Positions 1 through 9,658 of a stretch of 64,000 bases of DNA are shown piece after piece. Numbering within the stretch: position 1 is the first letter of the stretch; each line of letters begins with the position of its first letter. Position numbers and translations under genes: made by a program. The notes below the pieces were generated by a model. The model worked only from the letters and a program-made list of their open reading frames with translations. It was not told where the DNA came from and did no database searches. The stretch comes from a virus (Duplodnaviria > Caudoviricetes), in IMG/VR virus record IMGVR_UViG_3300037419_001469, positions 1 to 64,000 of that record; one strand, given 5' to 3'.

Positions 1-735
1 CGAGCCATCAGCATTCACCTGAACCATGCCCGTGCCGTTTGCTATGGCATCGTGGATGCCTGCCTCGATTGGTGCGGGCAGCGCGGCGCGCGGGGCTTCC
101 TGCTGCGGCGCTGCGGGTGCGGCGGCATCTTTCAGTTCGCGGATTGCTTGCGCTGCTTCTCTGCCGAGTGAGAAGCGGAAAGCGTCTCTGGCGTATGTTC
201 GCTCTGCAATTTGCGCCGCTTCTTCCAGCGCAGCATTGCGCACGGTCTGCGCATCGACAGGCGCGGCACCCATCTCGGCATCGATGGCCGCGTCGAACTG
301 ATTGATGCCGTTTTCGATACGCGGGATGCCATTGAGCAAGGCTTCCAGCGCCTCGGTATTGTCCGGACTATCACGCAGCCACTGATACCGCGCCGCCACC
401 TGCAGCAAGGTCCGCAGCATGCGGTCGACACCTTCCTTGTCATAACCGAACACCATGCCGCTGCCATCGTTGTGCGCGTACTGCCGCAGGTGTGGCAGCA
501 GCTGTTCCGGCGTAGCCTGGTCCGGCATCGGCTCGACCAGCGTCATGCGCTCGCAGAAGTAGTCCAGCTCGCGCGCGGAGTAGCCGGTGCGACCATCGAC
601 CGGCATGTAGTCGACGCAGTCCGTCCAGGGCTGGTGCTCGTTCATGCGCACCTTGCGCATTCCGGTGACCAGATAAATTCCGCCGTCCTCGTGGCGCACG
701 ATGGCGCCGGGTTTCACATCATCTTTGTTTATCAT
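1..735 (-). CDS. hypothetical protein, truncated by window edge (MINKDDVKPGAIVRHEDGGIYLV...)
   Basis: ATG at 735 with GAAGGA upstream; frame read manually stays open to position 1; absent from ORF track because no stop lies in the window. Confidence 0.7.
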   Translation of the reverse strand, partial: MINKDDVKPGAIVRHEDGGIYLVTGMRKVRMNEHQPWTDCVDYMPVDGRTGYSARELDYFCERMTLVEPMPDQATPEQLLPHLRQYAHNDGSGMVFGYDKEGVDRMLRTLLQVAARYQWLRDSPDNTEALEALLNGIPRIENGINQFDAAIDAEMGAAPVDAQTVRNAALEEAAQIAERTYARDAFRFSLGREAAQAIRELKDAAAPAAPQQEAPRAALPAPIEAGIHDAIANGTGMVQVNADGS

Positions 736-743
736 GGGTTCCT

Positions 744-1127
744 TCAATCCAGGTGTAAGCGCCTGCCGGTACGCAGGAAGTGCTCCGTTTTTACGAGGTG
801 CTGGTGATGCCTGCACAGGTCACACATGTCATGTACCTTGGACCGCTCCTGCGCCTTCTTGATCGTGCGGGCATTACGCATCGTGTACTTACCGCAGACA
901 CAGCGGCATATCCACTGGTGCTTGCATGTCCCCTCGCCGTTGCGGTTCATGTTCGCACCCCAATAACCGACGACCGTCAAGCGTCCGAGCCTGTGTCCGG
1001 TCCAATCCTTCGGCGGATCTCCAGGCCACTTGACCCGCTTGAGGTCAATCATCGGCGGAGGCGCATCCCATATCGGCTGGCTGCACTTCTTGCTTGGTGT
1101 GTACTTCTCGTTGCGGTCATAGATCAT
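744..1127 (-). CDS. hypothetical Cys-rich protein resembling the N-terminal module of phage HNH/AP2 endonucleases
   Basis: DWTGHRLGRLTVV...WICRCVCG motif plus CxxC; no HNH catalytic region visible. Confidence 0.55.
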   Translation of the reverse strand: MIYDRNEKYTPSKKCSQPIWDAPPPMIDLKRVKWPGDPPKDWTGHRLGRLTVVGYWGANMNRNGEGTCKHQWICRCVCGKYTMRNARTIKKAQERSKVHDMCDLCRHHQHLVKTEHFLRTGRRLHLD

Positions 1128-1453
1128 GGCTTAATACTTTGCTGCCTCAGACGCCGCAGTTCGTCCTGCAAGCCGTCGCGCTGCTCGATCAGCACCTTGC
1201 GCGCCCACTCCTTGTTTTTGATCGTCTGCTCCAGCTCAGCAATCTGCCGGGCCTGCAGATCGATGGTCTCGCGCTGCACCTTCGACAGCACCTCCCCTTC
1301 CGCCACGCCAGCCGCATAGGTCCGGCGTAGCAGGTTAAACAATTCTTCACGACTGGTCAGGGCATCGCGCACGAAAAGGCGGCGATAGCCAGATTGCTGG
1401 CTGACCCACCAGGCAAGGAATCCGGTCATAGGCGCCTCACGCAACCAGGTCAA
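1124..1453 (-). CDS. hypothetical coiled-coil protein
   Basis: ORF tiles with neighbours via short overlaps; true start may be the internal MTGFL. Confidence 0.6.
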   Translation of the reverse strand: MTWLREAPMTGFLAWWVSQQSGYRRLFVRDALTSREELFNLLRRTYAAGVAEGEVLSKVQRETIDLQARQIAELEQTIKNKEWARKVLIEQRDGLQDELRRLRQQSIKP

Positions 1454-2048
1454 GCTCGGCCATCACCTGCTGCAGGCGCTGCAGCTTGACCAGGGCCTCA
1501 TCGTTGGCAGCATTGTCGTGCTGCACCTCTGCCGTCGCGCGCTGCAGATCGACCGCCAGCTGCGACAGCTGCTCGGACAGCGCCGCCGCCCGCTGTGCCA
1601 GATCCTCTAGCAGGCTCGGCGGCCGTGCCGATTCCAGCGGCGCAGCGCAGACCGCCTCCGGCTCGACCTCCATCGGGATCAGCCGGCGCGCGATCTCCGG
1701 GAATGCCGCAGCCATCGCTGTTGCCGGTATCGGTGCCGGCGATTCTTCCTGGATCTCCGTGCGCACCGGCTCGGCAAAATGCCAGCCGGTGTCGATGGTG
1801 TCCCGGATCTCGGCGCGCTCGAACTTGCCGCGCCGCTCCTGGGTCAGCAAGCCCTCGGTCACCAGCGCGCCGAGGCTGCCCAGGATCTGCCGGTGCTCCA
1901 GGAACACGCCCGTCTCCTGCAGCGGCTTGACCACGTCGTCTGCGATGAATGAGCGGCCCTTCGGCGTCGCGTCGTACACGCGCTGCAGCCGGTAGTTGAG
2001 GTCGTGATAAATCTGATCGAACTTCGACTTGCTGATGGAATTAGACAT
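1437..2048 (-). CDS. hypothetical protein, possible winged-helix N-terminus and coiled-coil C-terminus
   Basis: 203 aa ORF, GC3-rich codons, overlaps neighbours. Confidence 0.65.
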   Translation of the reverse strand: MSNSISKSKFDQIYHDLNYRLQRVYDATPKGRSFIADDVVKPLQETGVFLEHRQILGSLGALVTEGLLTQERRGKFERAEIRDTIDTGWHFAEPVRTEIQEESPAPIPATAMAAAFPEIARRLIPMEVEPEAVCAAPLESARPPSLLEDLAQRAAALSEQLSQLAVDLQRATAEVQHDNAANDEALVKLQRLQQVMAELDLVA

Positions 2049-2493
2049 CGTCTTCCTTCTCCTCTGGTAAAAATCTCTGCTTCGGCCGCTTGCCTTTGGC
2101 AGGCTTGGCTACATACCTCTCCTGCCGCTTCTTGATGTGCGACAGCTTCACCTCGTCGCGCCGCTGCCGTATCGATTTCAAGGTCGGCACATGCGCCTTG
2201 TCGATCAGGACCATGTAGGGCGTGCTTTCCTCAAGTCGGACCTGCGCCGACAGGTGCCAGTCGCCGCAGTACACGCATCGGTAGGCCGTCATGCGCGGGA
2301 TCTCGAGGCGCATCATGAAGTCCTGCGCGGCGACGGCGGCCAGCGACGCCGACAGGAACCGCACCTTCAGCACGCACGATTTCTGCCGCGACCGTTCCCA
2401 CTCGGCGGGCAGGCTGCGCCGTCGCAGCATGCCGACAGCATGCTGCCTGCGGCTCTCCCATTCTTCAAGGGTTCGAATCACGATCTTGTCCAT
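2041..2493 (-). CDS. hypothetical basic protein with YRCxxCGxWHL motif
   Basis: GGAGG RBS upstream; motif common in phage hypotheticals. Confidence 0.65.
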   Translation of the reverse strand: MDKIVIRTLEEWESRRQHAVGMLRRRSLPAEWERSRQKSCVLKVRFLSASLAAVAAQDFMMRLEIPRMTAYRCVYCGDWHLSAQVRLEESTPYMVLIDKAHVPTLKSIRQRRDEVKLSHIKKRQERYVAKPAKGKRPKQRFLPEEKEDDV

Positions 2494-2629
2494 GATCCTC
2501 CCACTTAGTGTGATCTCCCTTCCAGCCGAAGCAGTCCAGGTAGTTCAGCAAGAACAGGACCACGAACAGGATGGTCCCGCCCAGGAACAGCACCTTCAGC
2601 ACGATCGGCAGGTGTTCAGGATTCGTCAT
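2465..2629 (-). CDS. small single-pass membrane protein (MTNPEHLPIVLKVLFLGG...)
   Basis: manual translation, GGAGAA RBS, hydrophobic stretch; not in ORF track. Confidence 0.5.
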   Translation of the reverse strand: MTNPEHLPIVLKVLFLGGTILFVVLFLLNYLDCFGWKGDHTKWEDHGQDRDSNP

Positions 2630-2753
2630 CGCTTTTCTCCCGATCCTGGAGGTACTTCCTGCAGCGACGGTTCTGCCGCCAGACCTCGATCCTGCAGGCC
2701 ACGGCTACAGCCCAGGCAATCGTGATGACGGTGCCGATGACCCAGGCGCTCAT
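2616..2753 (-). CDS. small single-pass membrane protein (MSAWVIGTVITIAWAVAVACR...)
   Basis: ATGA overlap with thyA stop; hydrophobic N-terminus, basic tail. Confidence 0.5.
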   Translation of the reverse strand: MSAWVIGTVITIAWAVAVACRIEVWRQNRRCRKYLQDREKSDDES

Positions 2754-3649
2754 ACGGCCATCGGCGCCGGCAGCGCGTCATACGATTGATAACCGACCAG
2801 CGAGAACGAGTCCGGTGTCAGGGCCGACAGGATCGCGTCGTCGCTGGCCATGCCCAACAGCGGGATCGACAGGCTCAGTGTCGGCGGCGTCAGCGGGTCG
2901 CGGTTCAGCTGCTGCTTCGCCTGTTCGAGATGATTCACGTACAGGTGCGGATTCGCCATGAAGATCGACACGCGGCGCGGAGACAAGCCGGTCATCCGGG
3001 CGAACAGGGCCAGCATCAGCGCGCACGATCCCATGTTCATCGGCAGCCCAAGGAAGACGTCCGTGCTGCGCATGTACATCGCCAGCGACAATTCCCGCTG
3101 CGCCGTATTGACCAGGAACTGGTACGACACATGACATGGCGGCAGGGCCATCTGGTCGAACTCCTCCGGCCGCCAGGCGGAAATGATGATGCGGCGGGAG
3201 GTTGGATCGTTGCGGATCATGCCGAGCGCGGTCAGCACCTGGTCGATGCGCCCGCCCGCGCCGTTGTCCCAATCGCGCCACTGCGCGCCGTAGATGCGCC
3301 CGAGGTCGTCTTCACCCTTGCGGTAATGCGAGTCCAGCCACTTGTTCGGGTGGCCGGGCAAGCCGGGATCGTTCGCGTTCGCGTCCCAAAAATTGCAGCC
3401 GAGCGCGCGGAAATCGGCAGCACTGGTCTTCCCCTGCAGGAAGCCGATCAGCTCGCCCCGGCACGCCTTGAACGCAAACCGCTTCGTCGTCGGCACCGGC
3501 ACGCCGAGAGCCAGGTCGGCCTCCAGCATCCGCGGCGGCAGCACCAGGGCATCGATGCCGGTGCGGTTTTCCTCCCGTCGCCCGCCATAGACGAGGTCCG
3601 ATAGCAGGCTCAGGTACTTGTTCTCGTTCACGCTGATGTTCATCAACAC
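2750..3649 (-). CDS. thyA: thymidylate synthase
   Basis: NRTGID, DLGRIYGAQWR, SRRIIISAW, ALPPCH (catalytic Cys), RSTDVFLGLPMN, HLYVNH motifs; true start may be ATG 3643. Confidence 0.95.
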   Translation of the reverse strand: MLMNISVNENKYLSLLSDLVYGGRREENRTGIDALVLPPRMLEADLALGVPVPTTKRFAFKACRGELIGFLQGKTSAADFRALGCNFWDANANDPGLPGHPNKWLDSHYRKGEDDLGRIYGAQWRDWDNGAGGRIDQVLTALGMIRNDPTSRRIIISAWRPEEFDQMALPPCHVSYQFLVNTAQRELSLAMYMRSTDVFLGLPMNMGSCALMLALFARMTGLSPRRVSIFMANPHLYVNHLEQAKQQLNRDPLTPPTLSLSIPLLGMASDDAILSALTPDSFSLVGYQSYDALPAPMAV

Positions 3650-3658
3650 TTCTCCTAG

Positions 3659-3979
3659 TCAGAACGGTACTTCAGTCGGCGCCGGAGTCACCGGCGAATC
3701 AAAGGCAAGGTCGAGGGCGATGTCGGCCCGGCTCTCCCCCGCGCGCAGGCGGTCAAGCAGCTGGCGTTGCGGATGGTAGAGGCAGTACGTGCTGCCGCGG
3801 CGATGGGTGTGATGCCAGCCGTCGCAGCGGCAGTAGTCCTGCCGGTTCGTTCGCTCCTTGTCGGCGTAGAAGCGCGCATGGCCGCAGGACTTGCACTTGC
3901 GCGGCCGGATGTACATCTCTACCGGCATCGCAAACACGTTCCTGCTGCGGCACTTCATGCAGCGGTAGTAGTAGCGCAT
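3659..3979 (-). CDS. zinc-ribbon hypothetical protein
   Basis: multiple CxxC pairs plus His/Cys cluster. Confidence 0.6.
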   Translation of the reverse strand: MRYYYRCMKCRSRNVFAMPVEMYIRPRKCKSCGHARFYADKERTNRQDYCRCDGWHHTHRRGSTYCLYHPQRQLLDRLRAGESRADIALDLAFDSPVTPAPTEVPF

Positions 3980-3982
3980 GGC

Positions 3983-6091
3983 TCATATCAGGATCAGGTT
4001 GTCCGCACTGGTTTCGCTTATCCCCTCGTGCGTGATGAGGATCGTCTGCGTGAAATCGCAGGCGGCAAGGAAGCCGAGCATGGCGGCGGTGCGGTCGTCG
4101 TCGCAAGCCGACATCGGCTCGTCCAGGACCAGGAAGGAACAGTCCGGCACGAACGATTTAATTAACGCCACGCGCAGAGCCATGCCGAGCACATCCAGCG
4201 CCGAGCCGGACAAGCCCTCGATCGCATGGCCGTTGACGGTGAAGCCGTTGGCAGTACGGGCCACAACCGACTTCGTGCCGCGCACCTGGGAAAACATCGT
4301 TGAGACGGACGCCAGGATGATGTCCCACAACTTGGCGGCGACGATCGGGCGCGCGGCGCGGATCTTCTTGACCAGGGTGTTGTTGAACACCAGGGCTTCG
4401 CGCTGCTGCTTCTTCGTTGCCAGCTGGTCGACCAGCTCGGCGTGCCGGCGCTTGGCCTGTTCATGCCCGGCACGGATGGCCGACAGCCGGGAGTTCAAGT
4501 CCCGGATCGATTGCTCGACCGCGGCCAGATGGCCCTCACGCTCTCGCAAGGCTTCGCGCGCGTCCATGTGCGCCACGCTGGCGGCGACGGAATCGATGGC
4601 AGCCGGCATGTCCTGCTCCTGGCTGGCGACCTCGTCCCGGGCCACTTCCAGCGCCTGCTTTGCCTCCTCCAGCCGCGACACGGCAATCGTCTTGGCCAGG
4701 TGATTCGCACTTAGTGTGTCGCGCTCGTTACGCAACGCGACCAGGTCCGGCAGTTCCTGTGGAGGCTCACCTTTCCAGGTGATCCGCGGCGGCACGAAAG
4801 CGCGGTCGACGTCGACGTACTGGCCGAACCACTCGGCATAGTTGTTCCACGGCTGCGCGCTGTTCAGCACCGCCTGTAGTGAGCGCAAGTCGGACTCCCC
4901 GGCGCGGATCAGGTCGTCCTGCGCCACGATCAGGTTGGCGAACGTCTGGCATGCGGCGTCGATCTCGGCGTTGGCGGCAGCAACTTCCGGCACCTCGCTG
5001 AAATCCTTGCCGCAGTAGCCGCAAGCCGATGCGGTCACCTTCTTCGCCCGCGCCTCCCGGATCTGCGCGTTCAGCTCTGCGCGCAGATCCTGCGCCTTCT
5101 TTACGCGCGCCAGCGTGTCGTTCAGTTCACGCTTGATGGAATCGACATCGCCTTCCCAATAGCTCTCCGGGTACGCAGGAAGCGCCTGCAGCTCACGAAA
5201 CGCCTCGGCCCGATGCGAGGCAGCCACCGCGCCGTCGACGGTCTCAGAGACCGTTTTAAGCCGCTCCTCGTCGACCTCGATCTCGGCGTCGCGCGCAAGC
5301 GCCTCGACATTTCTCTCGGCGCGGACCATCGCGCCCTGCGCCCGCTTCAGCGACTCCTCGGCCAGCCTCCGGGTCTCGGCCTGCGCCCGCGCCCGCGCCG
5401 CCGCTTCCCCGGCTTGCTCGACGGCAGCCTTGGCCTCGGCCACCTGCACCTTCGCCGCCTCCAGCGTCAGCAAGTCCTGCGCAAGCTTGCCGTCGATTGC
5501 CGTCGTATCCGGCGCCGTCAGGTCCAGCGCCTCGATGCTGTCCTCGATCATGGCGATCTCGGTGTCGAGGGCCTTGGTCGGGCCGGTCGCCAGCTTCGTC
5601 TGCGCCGCATCGAGCAGGCGGTCGAACAGGTCCATGCCGGACAGGTTCTCGATGTATTGGGCCAGCGCCTTCGGGCCGCCTTCGAGCGCGCCGCGCAGCC
5701 CGCCCTGCCCGGCGAACATCATGTTGACCGCGATGTTGCGCTCGACGCCCAGGAGTTCTTCGGCAAATTTACTCACCTCGTTCTGGCCGGTGACGGTGCC
5801 GCCGCTGTGCCGGCACTCCGCGCCGGAGTCGCCACGCTTGAACTCGTAGAGCTCGCCGCGCAGCCGGATCACCAGGACTACTTCCAGCTCGCGCACGCCG
5901 CGGCCCCAGGTGACGAGTTCGGCCAGCGGCTGCGGCATCGCCTTCACGCCGAACAGCGCATAGACCACGGCCAGCAAGAGCGACGTCTTGCCGCCCTCGT
6001 TCGGGCCGCGCACCGCATTCAAACCTTCGGTGAACGCGACCGATCTCTCGACATGCTGCCTCCAGCATGTCATCTTCAGGCTCACGAGCAT
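3983..6091 (-). CDS. SbcC/Rad50 (SMC-family) ATPase, recombination exonuclease subunit
   Basis: Walker A GPNEGGKT, long coiled coil with central CxxC hook (CGYCG), signature LSGS, Walker B LVLDEP, H-loop LITH. Confidence 0.9.
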   Translation of the reverse strand: MLVSLKMTCWRQHVERSVAFTEGLNAVRGPNEGGKTSLLLAVVYALFGVKAMPQPLAELVTWGRGVRELEVVLVIRLRGELYEFKRGDSGAECRHSGGTVTGQNEVSKFAEELLGVERNIAVNMMFAGQGGLRGALEGGPKALAQYIENLSGMDLFDRLLDAAQTKLATGPTKALDTEIAMIEDSIEALDLTAPDTTAIDGKLAQDLLTLEAAKVQVAEAKAAVEQAGEAAARARAQAETRRLAEESLKRAQGAMVRAERNVEALARDAEIEVDEERLKTVSETVDGAVAASHRAEAFRELQALPAYPESYWEGDVDSIKRELNDTLARVKKAQDLRAELNAQIREARAKKVTASACGYCGKDFSEVPEVAAANAEIDAACQTFANLIVAQDDLIRAGESDLRSLQAVLNSAQPWNNYAEWFGQYVDVDRAFVPPRITWKGEPPQELPDLVALRNERDTLSANHLAKTIAVSRLEEAKQALEVARDEVASQEQDMPAAIDSVAASVAHMDAREALREREGHLAAVEQSIRDLNSRLSAIRAGHEQAKRRHAELVDQLATKKQQREALVFNNTLVKKIRAARPIVAAKLWDIILASVSTMFSQVRGTKSVVARTANGFTVNGHAIEGLSGSALDVLGMALRVALIKSFVPDCSFLVLDEPMSACDDDRTAAMLGFLAACDFTQTILITHEGISETSADNLILI

Positions 6092-6330
6092 GGTATGACC
6101 TCCTTGTTCTGGCGCTGGTGGTAATTCTTCAACGCACTGCGGCAGGCCTCCTCGGGCGTTGCGCCCTGGCCGTTGCAGATCACCTCGCGGTTCGGATCGT
6201 CATCGCGATGATTCGAGCACAGCCAGGCCATCCAGTCGGTGCGGCGGGTATAGGCCAGCTCGAAATAGCAGTAGGCGTTCGTCTCCAGCAGCCCGGCATG
6301 CAAGTCGAGCAGGTCCTGGTAGGCGCTCAT
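6082..6330 (-). CDS. hypothetical protein
   Basis: GGAG RBS, tiles with neighbours. Confidence 0.6.
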   Translation of the reverse strand: MSAYQDLLDLHAGLLETNAYCYFELAYTRRTDWMAWLCSNHRDDDPNREVICNGQGATPEEACRSALKNYHQRQNKEVIPCS

Positions 6331-6509
6331 GGGTTGGCTCCTTTCTTTTCCGTCTCGATCACGCCGGCCCGGTAGCCCTGCGCGTACACCGTGTGCAGCA
6401 GCTCCATCAACACCTCGCGAGTCGAATAGCCCTTGCGCAGCTTGAAGTAGTACAGCTTGATCATGTCGCGGCAGACGCCGCTATTGAGCATTGGTCCCTG
6501 CTGGCTCAT
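6327..6509 (-). CDS. hypothetical protein
   Basis: 4-nt overlaps at both ends. Confidence 0.55.
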   Translation of the reverse strand: MSQQGPMLNSGVCRDMIKLYYFKLRKGYSTREVLMELLHTVYAQGYRAGVIETEKKGANP

Positions 6510-7594
6510 TGCTCGTCCTCCAGCAGGTACTTCACCGCGACCTGCTCCGGAGGCGTCAACTCCTCCATCAAGGCGGCCAGCACATCGACGCTGGCCAGCT
6601 TCTCGCTGGTCAGCCCGCTCATGTCATCGATGCCGTCGATGCCCTCTATGCGCACCGCGTTCGTGATGACGAGCGCCTCGCTTTTCTGGCGGTATTTCGC
6701 GATCGCGGCAATGACTTCGGAGGCTTCGTCGGCGGTGGCGGTGCCGGTGACCCTGATGAAGCGGAAGAACGAGACTGGCTCCTCGCCGCGCAGCGCGCGC
6801 CAGTCGATCTCGACGAAGTCGCCCAGGGCATCCCAGGTCTGGACCGGATACAGTCCGCTGTCATCGAGGATGTGCATGCACTTCATGCCATCCTTCTGCG
6901 CGCCGTTGTGCTCCAGGCAGTCCGCGACCGATGACGGCCACTGGTTCCCCAAAACTCTCACCTTACCGGCCTTCAGGGTCCGGGCCTGGTGCTCATGGGC
7001 GAAGACCAGCCGGTGGCCGTGGGCCAGCAGCCGGTTGACCCATTCCTCGTTGACGTTCAGCGAGTGGTCCGCCTGTTCCGCGAAACGGTTCATGCAGTTG
7101 GCATGCAGCAGCAGCCAGCCCGGCTTGACCTCCAGCGCCTTCGCCAGCTCGATGTCGAACAGGTCCTGGTTCAGCACATGCGGGACCACGTACACGTTGG
7201 CACTGGTGCCCAGGTACATCTCGGCAAAGCCGGTCGCATACACGCGCGCCTGGTCTGGCGAGTGCTTGGTCAGCAGCGCGCACAGGAAGGCGAAAGCGGA
7301 GGTCTTCTCCGAGTTCTTGGCCACGTCATGGTTGCCCTGCACCAGATGCAGCAGGCAGGCAGGATGCGCATGCATCCAGTCGGCCAGCGTGAAATACGCC
7401 TGCAGGATCTGCGACATCTCGACATTGAACGCGTCGAAGATGTCACCCAACAGGATCACGTCACACTCAGTGTGAGCAAGGGTATCGCGCAGCTGCTGCT
7501 GCAGGTAGTCCTGGATCAGCTTGCGCGTGACGATGGTAGTGCCGGCGCTGCGCACGGCGCCGAGGTGCAGATCATTGAGGATGAGAGCTTGCAT
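6506..7594 (-). CDS. SbcD/Mre11-like metallophosphoesterase nuclease
   Basis: start MQALILNDLHLG; DxH, GDIFD, GNHD and AHEH motifs; adjacent to SbcC-like ATPase. Confidence 0.9.
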   Translation of the reverse strand: MQALILNDLHLGAVRSAGTTIVTRKLIQDYLQQQLRDTLAHTECDVILLGDIFDAFNVEMSQILQAYFTLADWMHAHPACLLHLVQGNHDVAKNSEKTSAFAFLCALLTKHSPDQARVYATGFAEMYLGTSANVYVVPHVLNQDLFDIELAKALEVKPGWLLLHANCMNRFAEQADHSLNVNEEWVNRLLAHGHRLVFAHEHQARTLKAGKVRVLGNQWPSSVADCLEHNGAQKDGMKCMHILDDSGLYPVQTWDALGDFVEIDWRALRGEEPVSFFRFIRVTGTATADEASEVIAAIAKYRQKSEALVITNAVRIEGIDGIDDMSGLTSEKLASVDVLAALMEELTPPEQVAVKYLLEDEQ

Positions 7595-7844
7595 GGTTTC
7601 TCCACGGTGAAGAAGCGAGGGCCGTAGGCCAGGTATGCCAGGCGCGCGGCGCGAGTTCGGTATCGAGCTGCAGCTGCCGCCGCACGGCGCGCACGGTAAG
7701 CCGGCGCATCGCGGGCGACATCGCATCCCACTCTGCCCAGGTCAGCTCCTGCGCGAACGCATGGCGCTGGCCGAAGGCATCGATGCAGGTCGCCTCGATG
7801 GCGATGCCGACGCTGGAGACGTAATGGCGGGAGACGATTTTCAT
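7572..7844 (-). CDS. hypothetical protein
   Basis: tiles between neighbours. Confidence 0.5.
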   Translation of the reverse strand: MKIVSRHYVSSVGIAIEATCIDAFGQRHAFAQELTWAEWDAMSPAMRRLTVRAVRRQLQLDTELAPRAWHTWPTALASSPWRNHASSHPQ

Positions 7845-8053
7845 GGCAGCAGGGCCTTCCGGTAGGTGGCGGTCTTGATGCGCAGCGTGGCTTCGGTGCC
7901 GACCACCAGCAAGGGTTGGTCTTCCGGGTGGACGTGCTTGACCGGGACGATGCCGCCGACACCGGCATCGGTCTTCAGGTCGGCGGCGAAGTCGGTCAGC
8001 GAGCGCACGGTGACGGTGACCAGCGTGTAATCGGGTGGCGCTATAGTCCGCAT
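7841..8053 (-). CDS. hypothetical protein
   Basis: tiles between neighbours. Confidence 0.55.
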   Translation of the reverse strand: MRTIAPPDYTLVTVTVRSLTDFAADLKTDAGVGGIVPVKHVHPEDQPLLVVGTEATLRIKTATYRKALLP

Positions 8054-8054
8054 G

Positions 8055-8966
8055 TCACACCGCCATGTCGTCGGCGCTGCGGAAACCCTTCCAGATCGGG
8101 AAGCGCGGCTTGTCCTTGACGCCGATCGGGAAGTGCTTGTAGGTGATGATCTTGCCGAGATAGGCTTCGCGCTCGTTCCAGATTTGCTGGCGCAATTCGA
8201 TGGTCAAGCCGACGCCGGTGCCGCAGGAAAATTCGACGCCGGTCTTGATGTCGCGCACGATGAACTTGCCGAGCGTACCCTTGCCGACCATGCCCGCCTT
8301 GTGGCTGGACCGCTGGCTGTGGCCGAGCTCGTTGACCGTCTTCTCGTTCGTGTTCTCGTTCTGTTCCTCGAAGCCGATGATGATCGCCTCGGCGTCAGCG
8401 AAACGCTTGACCTTCAGGATGATGCCTTCCTTCACTGTCGAGCGGCCTTGCTTGTACGGCGCATGCGGGCAGCGGAACATCGCGCCCTCATAGCCCTGCT
8501 CCAGCCACGCGCCTTCCAGCGCCTCCATCTCGGCAAGGCTCTCGATCTCCTTCTGATCCACCAGCACGACGTCAGGGTGTCCCAGGTTCAGCGTGCTGCG
8601 CGCCGCTTCGGCAAGCCGTGCGTAATAGGGCTCATCCATGTAGCCGATATGGTCGAACACATAGAAGCGCACGTTGTCGGCGCTCTTGCCCGACTTGCTC
8701 ATCACGACGGAGTTGGTGTCGCGGTAGCAGGTGGGTGAGGTGGGGTCGCCGTAGATCAGCTCGCCGTCCAGGTGCAGGCAATCCTTGAACTTCTCCCGCA
8801 CATGCGGGTTCGGGATCGGCTTCATGTTGCGCGACATCAGCACGCCGTTATGGTTGATGGCGCGGATGCCATCGAGCTTCACACTAAGTAGGCCGGGGAA
8901 CCGCAGTTCGGCCTCAATGAAATCCTCCGCGAGCAGAGGCTTAAACGGTTTCAGCATCGTCGTCAT
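8055..8966 (-). CDS. ATP-dependent DNA ligase
   Basis: KLDGIR adenylation motif, LDGEL, FYVFD, EGAMFR, LKVK, C-terminal OB fold (GTG...PRFP). Confidence 0.93.
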   Translation of the reverse strand: MTTMLKPFKPLLAEDFIEAELRFPGLLSVKLDGIRAINHNGVLMSRNMKPIPNPHVREKFKDCLHLDGELIYGDPTSPTCYRDTNSVVMSKSGKSADNVRFYVFDHIGYMDEPYYARLAEAARSTLNLGHPDVVLVDQKEIESLAEMEALEGAWLEQGYEGAMFRCPHAPYKQGRSTVKEGIILKVKRFADAEAIIIGFEEQNENTNEKTVNELGHSQRSSHKAGMVGKGTLGKFIVRDIKTGVEFSCGTGVGLTIELRQQIWNEREAYLGKIITYKHFPIGVKDKPRFPIWKGFRSADDMAV

Positions 8967-8999
8967 GGTCTTCTCCTAGTCGTCTGCAAAATTAAAAGG

Positions 9000-9431
9000 T
9001 CACTTCAGGTATTGCAGCGGATCAATGGCGAGCTTCTGGCTCACCATCGCGTCCGCGCCCAGGACCTGCTGCCACGTCGCGTTCGTCAGCACGCGATTGA
9101 GATAGGCGGCAAGTCCTGCCTGCACCGGCCCGTACTCGGCGGGCAGCAGGTCGACAGTGGGCTGCTGTCGAGCGCAGGCAATACTAAATGCCTTGACAGC
9201 CCTGGCCATCAAGTCATACAGCGCGCGGTCCTTCCAGAGGCTCCCCATGCACATGCCGATCATGAGGTGCTTGGAGACCACGTTGGCGCCGTAGTCGGTT
9301 CCCTCGCCTCTGTGGCAGGCGTCGAGGGCGACAAGCAGGGCCATCTCCATCTCCTCGCGCTGCACGGCCGTCAGCCGCTGCGCGAGCGCCTGGCGCGTTG
9401 CGGCTTGGCTGTGATTGGTCATCGGGATCAT
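9000..9431 (-). CDS. hypothetical protein
   Basis: start MIPMTNHSQ overlapping upstream stop. Confidence 0.6.
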   Translation of the reverse strand: MIPMTNHSQAATRQALAQRLTAVQREEMEMALLVALDACHRGEGTDYGANVVSKHLMIGMCMGSLWKDRALYDLMARAVKAFSIACARQQPTVDLLPAEYGPVQAGLAAYLNRVLTNATWQQVLGADAMVSQKLAIDPLQYLK

Positions 9432-9658
9432 TTGACGCTCCGTGCCAGGAGTCGCTGTCGCGTCTCCGGCTTCAGCCTGCCGTGGTATTCCCAGGCGACG
9501 AAGTGCTTCTCGTCGCCCTTCTTCCAGGTGGTGCGGATCGTCACGCCGCCGTTGTTGGTCGCCAGCACGTCGGCCCCTGTCGGCGGGCAACCGTCGACCT
9601 CGCAGTCATTCATGAAACGGTCTGCCGTTGGCACGCTTTTCTCTCCCGGGACAGTCAT
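9428..9658 (-). CDS. hypothetical protein
   Basis: GGAGA RBS, start MTVPGEK. Confidence 0.55.
   Translation of the reverse strand: MTVPGEKSVPTADRFMNDCEVDGCPPTGADVLATNNGGVTIRTTWKKGDEKHFVAWEYHGRLKPETRQRLLARSVK

Noticed and set aside
2750-3649. ThyA as a dCMP/dUMP hydroxymethylase for base modification
   Set aside because: It keeps the Asn of the GLPxN motif typical of dUMP-specific thymidylate synthase, and no downstream modification enzymes are visible
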